Source of the DNA: Bacteroidales bacterium
GTDB taxonomy: Bacteria > Bacteroidota > Bacteroidia > Bacteroidales > GCA-2748055
Assembly: GCA_030589895.1 (NCBI GenBank)
Contig: JAUUZQ010000004.1
Location: forward strand, 2,951-66,950
Length of the DNA stretch: 64,000 nucleotides
Reading direction: 5' to 3'
The notes beneath the pieces were generated by a model that searched no databases, had not been told where the DNA came from, and was given only the letters and a program-made list of their open reading frames with translations. Below are positions 37,384 to 49,187 of this stretch, piece after piece; the first letter of the stretch is position 1, and each line of letters opens with the position of its first letter. The position numbers and the translations under genes were made by a program.

Positions 37384-37923
37384 CTATCTTCTAAGCATTA
37401 AAACATTAATATCCACAATCAGATTGGAAGTTCCCGGTATTTTATCCCTGTCTCCAAAATTACCATGGGCCAAATGCGGAGGGATGATAAACCTGGCTTT
37501 GCTATTCTCATTTAACAGCAATAATCCTTCTTCAACACCCGCTTCAACATTCCCTTTACCAATAACGATCGTTTTTGGATTAATCGTATCTGCGCTATAA
37601 CAATAAGTTCCACTCAACAATCGTGTTTTATAGGAATAAACAACAAAATCACCTTCCTGAACAAGAGGTCCGCTTCCCTGTTCCATGATCATATACCACA
37701 ATCCTGTGGAAGTTTCAGTCATTATCCATCCTGAACGATCAATAAATGCAACAATTTGATCTCTGTTTCTCTCCTTTATATATCTATTCACCTCTAAAAG
37801 AGGTTCAGAATATGGATCTGATTCTTCCTTTATGCGCTCCAAAACCGGAGTAGTCTTGCAAGCACTCAATAGTATAATAATTATTAATACTGAGTAGCTT
37901 TTAATTGCACAATTCATTTTCAT
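37384..37923 (-). CDS. FKBP-type peptidyl-prolyl isomerase lipoprotein
   Basis: ATG 37923 gives MKMNCAIKSYSVLIIIILLSAC; FKBP_C block GNVEAGVEEGLLLLNENSKARFIIPPHLAHG. The start overlaps the upstream gene's end. Confidence 0.8.
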   Translation of the reverse strand: MKMNCAIKSYSVLIIIILLSACKTTPVLERIKEESDPYSEPLLEVNRYIKERNRDQIVAFIDRSGWIMTETSTGLWYMIMEQGSGPLVQEGDFVVYSYKTRLLSGTYCYSADTINPKTIVIGKGNVEAGVEEGLLLLNENSKARFIIPPHLAHGNFGDRDKIPGTSNLIVDINVLMLRR

Positions 37924-38917
37924 AATCAGACAACAAACTTTCAAATTTACTTAATGTATCAGCCAATGAGAGTTTCTCTTCCCCACCTGCAGCATTCCTG
38001 TGTCCACCTCCGTTAAAATGTTTCTCAGAAAAACTATTTACTGGAAACGCCCCTTTAGAACGGAAGGATATTTTCACAAGACCACTCTTTTCAATAAATA
38101 ATGCAGTGAAACGAATTCCTGATATAGAAAAAGGGATATTTACAAAACCTTCAGTATCACCTATTTGATGATTGAATTTCTTTAACTCTTCCTGATTGAT
38201 ACTGATATATGCCGTCTTATATTTTTCCAGAACAACAAGCTTTTCAGCCATGCAGTAACCCATCAGTTTCATTCGACTTTCCGAATAACTATCATATACT
38301 TTCGTGAAAATAGTATCCTTATCAATGCCAAAATTCATCAATTCACCAACAATATGAAAGATTCCCGGATATGAGCTACTGTACCGGAAATTTCCTGTAT
38401 CAGTAATAATTGCAACATAAAGAGAAGTAGCAATTTCATCATCCAATAAATCTTTTCCACCAAGATCTACAATTAATTCATAAACCATTTCACCTACTGA
38501 ACCCCTTCCTGTATCAGAAATAACTATGTCAGCAAAATCAGAAGGATCCTGATGATGGTCAATTAGTATTTTATATGCATCAGATGATACAATTTCTTTT
38601 TTAAGTTCCCCCACCCGCTCAGGCTCATTAAAATCAAGAAAGACCAGTGTTCCAGCTTCTTTGATCATCTCACTGCACTTTGTGCGTTCATTTTTGAATA
38701 TTGATACCAGATCGTAGCCAGGCAGCCACTGTAAAAAAGCAGGGACGTCATTCGGTATAATGACATTTACCCGGATATTTCTCTTTTTAAGAAAAAGAGC
38801 CAATGCAGTACTGGAACCAATGGCATCCCCATCCGGATTTTTATGCGTAATAATAACTACCGGTTTACCCTGTTCAAATTTTTCGTTTATTCTTTCTACT
38901 GTGTTATTGTCAATCAT
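37901..38917 (-). CDS. DHH/DHHA1 phosphoesterase (NrnA-like oligoribonuclease/pAp phosphatase)
   Basis: HKNPDGDAIGS, IDHHQ and C-terminal GGGHRNAAG motifs. Confidence 0.85.
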   Translation of the reverse strand: MIDNNTVERINEKFEQGKPVVIITHKNPDGDAIGSSTALALFLKKRNIRVNVIIPNDVPAFLQWLPGYDLVSIFKNERTKCSEMIKEAGTLVFLDFNEPERVGELKKEIVSSDAYKILIDHHQDPSDFADIVISDTGRGSVGEMVYELIVDLGGKDLLDDEIATSLYVAIITDTGNFRYSSSYPGIFHIVGELMNFGIDKDTIFTKVYDSYSESRMKLMGYCMAEKLVVLEKYKTAYISINQEELKKFNHQIGDTEGFVNIPFSISGIRFTALFIEKSGLVKISFRSKGAFPVNSFSEKHFNGGGHRNAAGGEEKLSLADTLSKFESLLSDYENELCN

Positions 38918-38993
38918 TCCAATATTTAAGACTAATGCCAGATTAAAGCGTCAAAGATATAAATATATAACGTACGCTTGAACAATTATTATC

Positions 38994-39001
38994 TATATTT
39001 G
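38994..39001 (+). promoter_or_regulatory. Candidate -7 box TATATTTG
   Basis: TAnnTTTG 33 nt upstream of the ndk ATG. Confidence 0.4.
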
Positions 39002-39033
39002 TCAGCTTAAATATCAATTTAAAAGTTAGAAAT

Positions 39034-39453
39034 ATGAACGGAGATTTTACATTTACTATTATTAAACCACGTGCTGTTGCAAAAGGATACATTGGTCCTA
39101 TTCTGAACAAAATTCAGGAAGCTGGTTTTGGAATTTCATCCTTAAAAATGATACAACTGGCAAGGCCTGAGGCTGAAGCATTTTATGCAGTTCATAAAGA
39201 ACGTCCTTTCTATCAATCACTTGTAGACTTTATGGTTTCAGGACCTATTGTTGTTGCAGTTGTGCAAAAAGAAAATGCCGTTGAAAACTATCGGAAACTT
39301 ATTGGAGCTACCAACCCGGCAGAAGCAGAAGAGGGAACCATTCGCAAATTATATGCTGAATCTATTGAAGCAAATGCTGTCCACGGATCAGATTCAGATG
39401 AAAATGCAGCTATTGAAGCTTCATTCTTCTTTCCTTCAAAAGATAGGTTTTAA
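39034..39453 (+). CDS. ndk: Nucleoside-diphosphate kinase
   Basis: 139 aa; FTIIKP, YAVHKERPFY and NAVHGSDS (catalytic His) motifs. Confidence 0.95.
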   Translation: MNGDFTFTIIKPRAVAKGYIGPILNKIQEAGFGISSLKMIQLARPEAEAFYAVHKERPFYQSLVDFMVSGPIVVAVVQKENAVENYRKLIGATNPAEAEEGTIRKLYAESIEANAVHGSDSDENAAIEASFFFPSKDRF

Positions 39454-39466
39454 GAGAAGATAATTC

Positions 39467-39523
39467 AGCCCTATCCAGGGCTAGACAACAGGGCGTTCAT
39501 ATACCACGGGTTTACACCCGTGG
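39467..39523 (+). terminator. Two GC-rich hairpins 3' of ndk (no T-run)
   Basis: AGCCCT-atcc-AGGGCT (39467-39482) and CCACGGGT-ttac-ACCCGTGG (39504-39523). Confidence 0.35.
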
Positions 39524-39537
39524 CTATTGAAATAATA

Positions 39538-39625
39538 CCCTTTCAGGGTAAGAAAAATAACATCCCTTCAGGGTAAGAAAAATAACATCCTTTCAGGGTA
39601 AGAAAAATAACATCCCTTCAGGGTA
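39538..39625. repeat. 25/26-bp tandem repeat CCCTT(T)CAGGGTAAGAAAAATAACAT x3.5
   Basis: Units at 39538, 39564 and 39589, with a partial unit at 39614. Each unit starts with a CCCT/AGGG mini-hairpin. Confidence 0.85.
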
Positions 39626-39634
39626 TATTTATCT

Positions 39635-39925
39635 CTATTTGATAATTATATCATTAATCACATCTCTTCCGGCTGCTTCATTCAAACGTACAAGAATATC
39701 ACCTTTCAACATCGTCAGTTCATTTCTTAATACTGAGGAATAAAGTTTTACAAAGAGTATTCCATCTCTGATATACAGGCTCTGCGTTGCTTTCGACACG
39801 CTGAGGCCCAGCAACTCGTTCCATGCTTTTTTCAATCGATATTCAGCCAAACCCTTTTCAAGGTGATTCGCCCTTATGAATTCATCGAGCAGTGACCCTA
39901 TTTTTTTTTCTGACTTCCGTTCCAT
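39635..39925 (-). CDS. DUF721 domain protein (the usual recF-downstream partner)
   Basis: 96 aa, 6 nt downstream of recF. The KKAWNELLG...LFVKLYSSVLRNEL pattern matches DUF721. Confidence 0.8.
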   Translation of the reverse strand: MERKSEKKIGSLLDEFIRANHLEKGLAEYRLKKAWNELLGLSVSKATQSLYIRDGILFVKLYSSVLRNELTMLKGDILVRLNEAAGRDVINDIIIK

Positions 39926-39931
39926 GTTTTA

Positions 39932-41032
39932 TTAAATCAGATCTACTCCACTCTTTGTGATATGATAGATAAGGTGCTCCGTGGGAATTTCTTTCAAAAT
40001 TTTCTTCAATCTTTCCTCATTTGTATCAGTAATGAATATTTGACCGAACCTGTTATCAGCTACCAGCTTGATGATCTGCTTCACCCGAAAAGCATCAAAT
40101 TTATCAAATATATCATCTAACAACAGAATGGGAGACAATTTCATCAAGGTCTGCATAAATTCAAATTCTGCAAGTTTTAATGCTACAAGATAAGTCTTTT
40201 GCTGACCTTGGGAGCCAACTTTTTTTAGAGGATGACCTGCCAGCATCATTTGCAAATCATCTTTGTGAATTCCTGTGGTAGTATACTGAACAGAAAGATC
40301 CTTGTTGATTGATTCCCGCAATGCTGTGCTAAAATCAAGCTCATTTAATTGAGAGGAATATGCTAAGGATACTTCCTCCTTATTACCGGATACATGCTGA
40401 TAATACTCCTGAAAGACAGGCATAAGCTTCTCAGTAAAATCTTTTCTCGCCTCGAATACCGGCACTCCATACTGCACCAGTTGCTGATTAAGAATCTCCA
40501 GAACATCCAGATTACCGGACCTCCCTGCTGACTCCTTCAATAGCCTGTTTCTTTGTGTCAGTATCCGGTTATAAGAAATTATATTTTCAAGATAAATATG
40601 ATCATATTGACCAATGACAGCATTCATTAGCCGACGTCGCTCATCACTGCCACCTTGAATCAGACCGTAATCGGCTGGAGAGATCATCACAAGTGGAATG
40701 AGTCCAATGTGCTCCATTAAACGCTTATACTCCTTCTTGTTCCTTTTAAACTGCTTCTTCCTGTTCTTTCTGATGCTGCAATAAATTGTCTCCTCCTTTT
40801 CCAACCTTGAAAACACCCCTTGTATCATAGACATCTCCTGATCATACCTTATATTCTGTGTGTCAACAGGATTAAGATTGCTTTTACAAAGGGCCAGGTA
40901 ATGAATTGCATCCAGCAAATTCGTCTTTCCCACGCCATTCTCTCCAACAAAACAGTTAATCTTGCTACTGAAATCAAGATCGGCTTGTTCGTAATTCTTA
41001 AAATTGATTAATGAAAGAGATAATAGATGCAT
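39932..41032 (-). CDS. recF: DNA replication/repair protein RecF
   Basis: ATG 41032 gives MHLLSLSLINFKNYEQ; Walker A GENGVGKTNLLDA; signature SQGQQKT; Walker B LLLDDIFDKFD. Confidence 0.92.
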   Translation of the reverse strand: MHLLSLSLINFKNYEQADLDFSSKINCFVGENGVGKTNLLDAIHYLALCKSNLNPVDTQNIRYDQEMSMIQGVFSRLEKEETIYCSIRKNRKKQFKRNKKEYKRLMEHIGLIPLVMISPADYGLIQGGSDERRRLMNAVIGQYDHIYLENIISYNRILTQRNRLLKESAGRSGNLDVLEILNQQLVQYGVPVFEARKDFTEKLMPVFQEYYQHVSGNKEEVSLAYSSQLNELDFSTALRESINKDLSVQYTTTGIHKDDLQMMLAGHPLKKVGSQGQQKTYLVALKLAEFEFMQTLMKLSPILLLDDIFDKFDAFRVKQIIKLVADNRFGQIFITDTNEERLKKILKEIPTEHLIYHITKSGVDLI

Positions 41033-41050
41033 TGGATTATAGTCTTTAAA

Positions 41051-41058
41051 CAAAAATA
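41051..41058 (-). promoter_or_regulatory. Candidate -7 box TATTTTTG for recF
   Basis: Plus strand reads caaaaata, 19 nt upstream of ATG 41032. Confidence 0.3.
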
Positions 41059-41144
41059 GTGCATCTCGAAAGATTTATCATCATTGCCATGTGATTATTG
41101 CACAACTTTTTCAAAACATTATAAACTAATTTGTAAAAAACAGT

Positions 41145-41152
41145 TACATTTG
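41145..41152 (+). promoter_or_regulatory. Candidate -7 box TACATTTG
   Basis: TAnnTTTG 38 nt upstream of ATG 41190. Confidence 0.35.
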
Positions 41153-41189
41153 CGCTTGTTTTAGAAAAACGTAAACTATATTATTTAAT

Positions 41190-41888
41190 ATGTCCAAGAA
41201 ACAAAATACTAATCAAGCAGATAAGAGTCTGGGTGGAATTGAATCTGCATTGACACGGTCAGAACAATTTATTGAAGATAATCAGAAATTACTAGTTAAT
41301 GTTCTTATTGGAATTTTAGCTGTTATCTTACTTATTGTTGCTGCAAATCGCTACTATCTGAAACCAAAGAACGTTGAAGCTTCTGCCAGTATATATATGG
41401 CAGAGAGATATTTTGAACGTGATTCATTTAATCTTGCACTTTACGGATACGGTACTTATCCTGGCTTCCTCGATATCATAGATGACTATTCTATTACAAA
41501 GGCTGGTAAACTTGCGAAGTATTATTCTGGAATATGTTTTAAAGAACTTGGCGATTTTGAATCTGCTGAAGACTATCTTTCCAAATTTAAAACAAAAGAC
41601 CTTCTTGTTGGCGCTACTGCCTTGAGTGCGCTAGGTGACGTTTATACAGAACTTCAGGATTATAATAAAGCGACGAAAGCATATATGTCTGCTGTGGATA
41701 AATTTGAAAATAATTTCACCTCTCCCATAATTCTTAAAAAGGCAGGTATTGTCTATGAAGAAGCTGGTGAACTTGAAAATGCGCTTAGTACTTATCAGCG
41801 CATCAGCAAAGACTATCCTAATTCAGTAGAAGGTAAAGAGATAAAAAAATATATTGGTAGAGTTGAAGCTAAAATCGCTTCTCTCTAA
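41190..41888 (+). CDS. Membrane-anchored tetratricopeptide-repeat protein
   Basis: Single N-terminal TM (LLVNVLIGILAVILLIVAA) followed by TPR-like helices. Confidence 0.7.
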   Translation: MSKKQNTNQADKSLGGIESALTRSEQFIEDNQKLLVNVLIGILAVILLIVAANRYYLKPKNVEASASIYMAERYFERDSFNLALYGYGTYPGFLDIIDDYSITKAGKLAKYYSGICFKELGDFESAEDYLSKFKTKDLLVGATALSALGDVYTELQDYNKATKAYMSAVDKFENNFTSPIILKKAGIVYEEAGELENALSTYQRISKDYPNSVEGKEIKKYIGRVEAKIASL

Positions 41889-41912
41889 GCAAAAGTTATT
41901 TTTATTAAAACT

Positions 41913-41941
41913 AAGTATCAGTTTTCACTGATACTTTTTTT
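41913..41941 (+). terminator. Rho-independent terminator
   Basis: AAGTATCAGT-tttc-ACTGATACTT 10-bp stem followed by a T-run, 21 nt before the ribH ATG. Confidence 0.65.
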
Positions 41942-41961
41942 ACATCCAAATTTATATAATC

Positions 41962-42459
41962 ATGGCCAGTAGCTTAAAGAATTTGTCTTCGCATGATCCA
42001 GCTCAAATTCCTGATGCATCGGATATGAAATTCGGAATTATTGTATCAGAATGGAATGAAGAAGTTACTGCAGCTCTTTTAGAAGGGGCAGTCAATACCC
42101 TATCCAAACACGGAGTATTAAAGGATAACATTCATATTATGGCTGTTCCCGGAAGTTTTGAGATTACTTTTGGAGCAAGAATAATTGCAGAAAAGCAAAA
42201 CCCCGATGCGGTTATCTGTCTCGGTTGTATTATTCAGGGTGAGACCCGTCATTTCGATTTTATTTGTCAGGGTGTTACCCACGGTATCACAGAACTTAAC
42301 CTTGATTTTGATATTCCATTTATATACGGTATCCTAACCACCGATAACCAGCAACAAGCACTTGACCGTTGCGGAGGGAAGCATGGGAATAAAGGTGATG
42401 AGGCTGCAGTTACAGCAATTAAGATGGTAGCTTTGAAGAAGAGTGGAGATCATATGTAG
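41962..42459 (+). CDS. ribH: 6,7-dimethyl-8-ribityllumazine synthase
   Basis: 165 aa; VPGSFEI and [14 protein letters not shown] motifs. Confidence 0.95.
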   Translation: MASSLKNLSSHDPAQIPDASDMKFGIIVSEWNEEVTAALLEGAVNTLSKHGVLKDNIHIMAVPGSFEITFGARIIAEKQNPDAVICLGCIIQGETRHFDFICQGVTHGITELNLDFDIPFIYGILTTDNQQQALDRCGGKHGNKGDEAAVTAIKMVALKKSGDHM

Positions 42460-42506
42460 CAGCCAATAGCCAATAATCAGTACCGAAAAATACTTAGTGC
42501 AAAAAA

Positions 42507-42531
42507 AGAGCTTGTGAAATTCACAAGCTCT
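42507..42531. terminator. Bidirectional rho-independent terminator between ribH and yidC
   Basis: AGAGCTTGTGAA / TTCACAAGCTCT 12-bp arms, flanked by A-rich sequence upstream and T6 downstream. Confidence 0.75.
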
Positions 42532-42559
42532 TTTTTGTAGCCTTATTTCTCATAAGAAT

Positions 42560-44434
42560 CTATCTCTTTTTTGATTTTTGCAACTGTTTCGGCTGCTTGG
42601 TCATGGCCTCCATTCGTTGTTGCCATTTCGATTTTTTCTTTACTTTGGTCTGCTTGGCATTAATCTTTTTCAATATAGCTTCCTCGTTCGTATAAAGCTT
42701 GAAGATAAAATTCTGTCCCAGGGTAATAAGGTTGGCAAGGAAGTAGTAGTAAGTCAAGGCTGCAGAGAAGTTATTCAACATAACCATAAACATGACCGGC
42801 ATCATGTACATCATGGTTTTCATTCCCGGCATGGCACTATTTGCCTGAGTTTGGTTATTAATTCTCATACTTAAGACCGTTGTTACAGTCATCAATATTG
42901 TAAAGAGACTCACATGGTCCCCATACATAGGAATATCCCATGGCAGATCAAGAATACTATCATAAGTTGAAAGGTCTGTGGCCCACAGGAACTTCTCCTG
43001 CCTCAATTCAATTGAGGTCGGGAAAAACCTGAACATGGCATATAGTATAGGCATCTGTGCCACCATAGGCAAACAACCACCCAATGGATTCGCACCTGCC
43101 TTTTTATACAATGCCATAGTCGCCTGCTGTTTTTTCATGGCATCTTCCTTCTTTGGGAATTTTTCACCAATCTCATCAACCTGAGGCTTCAGCACACGCA
43201 TTACTGCTTGTGACTTGTATGATTTATATGTAAGAGGGAAAAGTGCAGTTTTCAATATCAATGTCAGCAACAAAATAATAATACCATAATTGGTAATGGA
43301 GCGATTCAACCAATTGAAAATAGGAATGATAATTATTTCATTCATAAAACGGATTACCGGACCACCAACTGTTACCAGGTGCTTAAGTTCCAGTCCCTCA
43401 TATTCCTTTAGTCGTTGGTGCTCATTTGGTCCAAAATATAGATTCATTGCCATGGTCTGATCGCTGGAACGATTATACGGCATATCAATCTCACTGGAAA
43501 AATGACGAATATACTGACCAGGCTCATCAAATCTCTCATTGTACATATAGGCGCCTTCAAAATAATCTTTTGCAATAATCACTGTTGAAAAGAATTGGTG
43601 CTTATAAGCAATCCAGTCAACCTGTGTCGAAGCAGTTTCCTCTTCTATACTCTTTTTAGACCGCATATTGAACTTCTCAATACCTCCATTCTTAAACCTA
43701 TAGTATAGTGTTGTATAATTATTCTCGTTCTGATAGCCCTTTTCAGTAGATGGGAAATATAATTCCCAGTTAAAAACCATGTTATCGGTTCTATACCGAT
43801 CCATACCCACTAATCTTATATCAAAATCAAGCATATAATCACCAGGATACATGGTATATATAAACTCGATATGAGCAGTTTCAGAAACATCCATCCTCAT
43901 CACCAGGGTTTTCTCTGAATCTGTAGCATTTATATTTTTAAAAGAAGATTCATGAACAAAATAAAGTTCCCCCGTATTTACACGTTTATTATCTGCGAAA
44001 AAGTTCAATTCAAATTTGGTAGAATCCCCGTTAAATAGCCTCACGGGAATCGAATCGGATGTCATATACTCCTTCAAAGTAACAGAATACGGTCTTCCTC
44101 CCAAAGTAGAAAAGTCAATTTTGAAAAGATCATTCTCCATTGTTATAATATCCTTTTCCCCATCTAAGCCTGCAGCAAAATCTCCATACAACTTCTCCTG
44201 TTGTGCTGCCAGTGCTTCCTTGTCAATTGCTTGTTCTGCTTGTTCTGCCTGTTCCGGTCTCTGACTTGTAGCCTGACTCGCCAGTTCGAGCTGTCTCAGA
44301 TTCTCAACCATTGCGATTGAATCTGCTTTGCGACGCAACTCCAATTGGGCATCTCTACTGGGTTTTGTAAATATGCTATAGCCTAAAAGCATGACTCCTA
44401 TAATTGCAAGTCCGATTATTGAATTACGATCCAT
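42560..44434 (-). CDS. yidC: Membrane protein insertase YidC (long Bacteroidota form)
   Basis: 624 aa; N-terminal TM, large periplasmic domain, C-terminal 60-kDa insertase core (GGCLPMVAQMPI), basic tail. Confidence 0.92.
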   Translation of the reverse strand: MDRNSIIGLAIIGVMLLGYSIFTKPSRDAQLELRRKADSIAMVENLRQLELASQATSQRPEQAEQAEQAIDKEALAAQQEKLYGDFAAGLDGEKDIITMENDLFKIDFSTLGGRPYSVTLKEYMTSDSIPVRLFNGDSTKFELNFFADNKRVNTGELYFVHESSFKNINATDSEKTLVMRMDVSETAHIEFIYTMYPGDYMLDFDIRLVGMDRYRTDNMVFNWELYFPSTEKGYQNENNYTTLYYRFKNGGIEKFNMRSKKSIEEETASTQVDWIAYKHQFFSTVIIAKDYFEGAYMYNERFDEPGQYIRHFSSEIDMPYNRSSDQTMAMNLYFGPNEHQRLKEYEGLELKHLVTVGGPVIRFMNEIIIIPIFNWLNRSITNYGIIILLLTLILKTALFPLTYKSYKSQAVMRVLKPQVDEIGEKFPKKEDAMKKQQATMALYKKAGANPLGGCLPMVAQMPILYAMFRFFPTSIELRQEKFLWATDLSTYDSILDLPWDIPMYGDHVSLFTILMTVTTVLSMRINNQTQANSAMPGMKTMMYMMPVMFMVMLNNFSAALTYYYFLANLITLGQNFIFKLYTNEEAILKKINAKQTKVKKKSKWQQRMEAMTKQPKQLQKSKKR

Positions 44435-44538
44435 TCTTTTACGAATTTAATTAACAGCGACAAAAGTAGTGTTTTGTGACACAAAAGCGTCACATTTTAC
44501 AGCAAAAATGTATATAAAAATGATATGTTAGCAAAAGC

Positions 44539-46161
<1,623 letters not shown>

Positions 46162-46228
46162 TTAATTAAGCTACAAAGAAACAAATAAAATGAATGAGGA
46201 GGAAAAAAATATATCAGGACTTTTCAAC

Positions 46229-48361
46229 TCAAATCTCATTTTCCAGTTCATCCAGAAGTAAAATTTTCTTTTCAAGAAGTTGAATGCGTAATTTTGACTC
46301 ATCAAGCCTCTCCTGATAGCCTGAAATTGTAGTCTCTGAGCTCTCTGTTTGCTTAATAAAGCCAATATTATTTTCCCAAACGCTGAGATCATTTTTTAAT
46401 TGTTGCACTTTGGTATGCAATTTATCCCTTTCGTAATTGAATTTTGTATCAGATTTTGGTGATCTGAGGATGCCAAGCATTCTGCTCCTGTATGAAATCA
46501 GACTTTTTGTTTGTTCATCGATCTCAAGGGATGCTAAAATTTCATTGAGGGCTTCCCTGAAAATTTCACGTATCTCCTCCTTTTTATTAACCGGTACAAA
46601 ACCAATTTCTGAATATCTTTTATGATAATCATCCAGATCTTTAATAAGTTGAGATTGCTTTTCCGGAGCCTTATACTTCTTCATTTCTTCAACCAGTGCA
46701 ATTTTGGCACTTAAATTCTCCTCATATGATGAATCGATATCACTATAGAATGCAGATTTCTGAGTAAAGAAATGGTCACATGCAGCCCTGAATTTCTTCC
46801 ATAATCTATCCGAATCCCTTCTGGGCACAGGTCCTATCTCTTTCCATTTCTTCTGTAAAGAAATTAATCTATTGGTTGTCTCCTTCCACTCTGTACTATC
46901 CATTAATTTTTCAGCTTCAACAACAACAAGCTCTTTTTCCTTTAAATTACCCTTCTGCTGTTCAAATGTTTCCGCATAGAATCCAGCCTTACTTTCAAAG
47001 AAAAGATCACATGCCTTCCTGAATCGTGCATATATTAGATTATTGTCTTTTTTGGGAGCATAGCCAATAGTTTTCCATTCTTTTTGGATAGACAAAACCT
47101 CCTGGGTCCTGTCAGCCCAATCACGATGAGATTCAAATTTCAACAAAGAAATTTCTTCTATCTTTTCACATAACTTTTCTTTCTTCTCAAGATTTTCTAT
47201 CAGTGATACTCTCAATTCAGATTGATGATTCTGATGAGATTTATTAATAACTGCTGTTGCAATTTTAAATCTTTCCCAGAGTGTGTCTTTATCTTCACGG
47301 GGAACAGGCCCTGTTTCTCTCCATTGAGCATGAAATTTTTGCAGAGTCTTAAACGCAAGTACAACATCCTCCTCATTTGCCAGCTCTTCAGCTTTTTCAC
47401 ACAGGATAATTTTAAACTCCATGTTCTTTCTCAGATCAAGAGCTCTCAACTCCCTGTTTATCCTAACAAAATCGTTAAATTTATCTACAAAATAGTTGTA
47501 TGAATTCCACAGATCCTTCACATTCTGCTGGGGAACAAATCCACTATCAAACCACCTTTTCTGAAGCTGCTTGAATTTTCGAAATGTATTGTCAAAGCTC
47601 TCCTGTCCGTCCATCAACAATCTAAGCTCCTCCAATACCTCCTGCTTATCAGCAAGATTTTGCTCTTTGCTCTGTTCCAGCTTTTTATTGAAATCTGTTT
47701 TCAGGGATTTTACTTTTTCGAGCAAGTCATCCATTTTTCTTACTGACGGATCATCAAAAGGCTTAAAATCCTCTTCAATTCCACCTTCAGCAATGAATTT
47801 CTCCTTTTTCCCCTTAATTTCTTCTTCATTTTTGGAATTGAATATCCTTCTTATTCCATCAATTTGATCTCTGACCTTATCAAAAGGCTTGCTATTTAAT
47901 TCTTCTTCCAATAATTGCACAAGGTCTTCCTTGCTAAGCAATTCAAAATTTATTTTTTCCTGTACCGGTTTAACAGAAACTTTCTTTGGTTTGGGTGATG
48001 GAGAGACAGGTTGATCTTCATTAAGATCGTTTTTCTGCTTCACCGAAGACTTATCTGTGTGTTCAGCAGAAGACTCATCAGCTACATCTGATTTCGCATC
48101 ACTCGCTTTAACAGATTCCTGATCAATGGTTTGAACAGATTCCGGATTACTAGCTTGATCAGATTCCAGCTTACTGGCTTGATCAGATTCCGGATCACTG
48201 GTTGGAACAGATTCCGGTTTACTGGTAACTGAGTCGGATGAAGAATTCTCAGTTGTAAGTGGTTTTACGATCTCTTCTTCTGATGTTTTCTTTTCAGTAT
48301 CGTTTTTTACATTTTCCAAAGATTCATCTTCATGATGATCATTTGTCTCACTATTTTTCAT
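46229..48361 (-). CDS. DUF349 repeat protein with acidic low-complexity N-terminus
   Basis: Repeated W(K/R)xxGxVPRxxxDxLWxRF(K/R)xACDxFF units, which are the DUF349 signature. Confidence 0.85.
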   Translation of the reverse strand: MKNSETNDHHEDESLENVKNDTEKKTSEEEIVKPLTTENSSSDSVTSKPESVPTSDPESDQASKLESDQASNPESVQTIDQESVKASDAKSDVADESSAEHTDKSSVKQKNDLNEDQPVSPSPKPKKVSVKPVQEKINFELLSKEDLVQLLEEELNSKPFDKVRDQIDGIRRIFNSKNEEEIKGKKEKFIAEGGIEEDFKPFDDPSVRKMDDLLEKVKSLKTDFNKKLEQSKEQNLADKQEVLEELRLLMDGQESFDNTFRKFKQLQKRWFDSGFVPQQNVKDLWNSYNYFVDKFNDFVRINRELRALDLRKNMEFKIILCEKAEELANEEDVVLAFKTLQKFHAQWRETGPVPREDKDTLWERFKIATAVINKSHQNHQSELRVSLIENLEKKEKLCEKIEEISLLKFESHRDWADRTQEVLSIQKEWKTIGYAPKKDNNLIYARFRKACDLFFESKAGFYAETFEQQKGNLKEKELVVVEAEKLMDSTEWKETTNRLISLQKKWKEIGPVPRRDSDRLWKKFRAACDHFFTQKSAFYSDIDSSYEENLSAKIALVEEMKKYKAPEKQSQLIKDLDDYHKRYSEIGFVPVNKKEEIREIFREALNEILASLEIDEQTKSLISYRSRMLGILRSPKSDTKFNYERDKLHTKVQQLKNDLSVWENNIGFIKQTESSETTISGYQERLDESKLRIQLLEKKILLLDELENEI

Positions 48362-48499
48362 AGCAGTAGAGGATTATAGTTAGTTTCAGTAGTGATCCAA
48401 GTTACTTCTTTTCACTATATAAACAACAATTTTTATCAAAATATGGTTGCACAAAGAGCTGGATAGGAGATAAGAATTATTATGTACTTTTGCACTAAT

Positions 48500-49180
48500 A
48501 TGAGAATTGATATAATTACTGTAATACCTGAGCTTCTTGATGGACCTCTCAATCATTCTATCGTGAAACGTGCGTGTGATAAAGGATTGGTAGAAATTCA
48601 CATTCACAATTTGAGAGATTTTTCGAAAGATAAGCATCATCGTGTTGATGACTATCCTTTTGGTGGAGAAGCCGGAATGGTCATGACTATTGCTCCAATT
48701 GAAAATGCCATCCAAACACTCCAGTCGGAAAGAAAGTATGACGAAATAATTTATACTGCCCCGGATGGTAAAAAATACGACCAGAAAGTTGCAAATCGTC
48801 TTAGCACACTAACAAATATCATCATCCTGTGCGGGCATTACAAGGGTATTGACCAACGTATTCGTGATCACCTGATTACCATGGAATTATCCATTGGAGA
48901 TTATGTTTTATCAGGTGGAGAACTTGCTGCTGCTGTAATCTCAGATAGCATTATCAGGCTTCTTCCAGGTGCTATCTCCGACGAGACTTCAGCTCTGTCT
49001 GATTCATTCCAGGACGATCTGTTGTCGCCACCCGTATACACAAGACCAGCAGATTATAAAGGGTGGAAGGTTCCTGATATATTGCTTTCTGGTCATGCCG
49101 CTAAAATAGATGAGTGGAAACACAATGAAGCAATCAGGAAAACAGAGAGACTTCGTCCTGATCTTTTAGGTGAAGATTAG
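48500..49180 (+). CDS. trmD: tRNA (guanine37-N1)-methyltransferase
   Basis: ATG 48500 gives [13 protein letters not shown]; also GHYKGIDQR and [13 protein letters not shown] motifs. Confidence 0.93.
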   Translation: MRIDIITVIPELLDGPLNHSIVKRACDKGLVEIHIHNLRDFSKDKHHRVDDYPFGGEAGMVMTIAPIENAIQTLQSERKYDEIIYTAPDGKKYDQKVANRLSTLTNIIILCGHYKGIDQRIRDHLITMELSIGDYVLSGGELAAAVISDSIIRLLPGAISDETSALSDSFQDDLLSPPVYTRPADYKGWKVPDILLSGHAAKIDEWKHNEAIRKTERLRPDLLGED

Positions 49181-49187
49181 TGAGCTT

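Noticed and set aside
39538-39625. Possible CRISPR array (regular 25-bp repeats). The octamer arrays at 21063, 59729 and 62535 raised the same question
   Set aside because: The units are directly abutting with no unique spacers. The unit lengths (8-26 bp) and total sizes are far below CRISPR geometry. No cas genes are in the window.
41889-41961. FMN riboswitch upstream of ribH
   Set aside because: The spacer is only 73 nt and is occupied by a simple 10-bp stem terminator. That leaves no room for the 5-6 helix FMN aptamer, and none of its conserved segments are visible.
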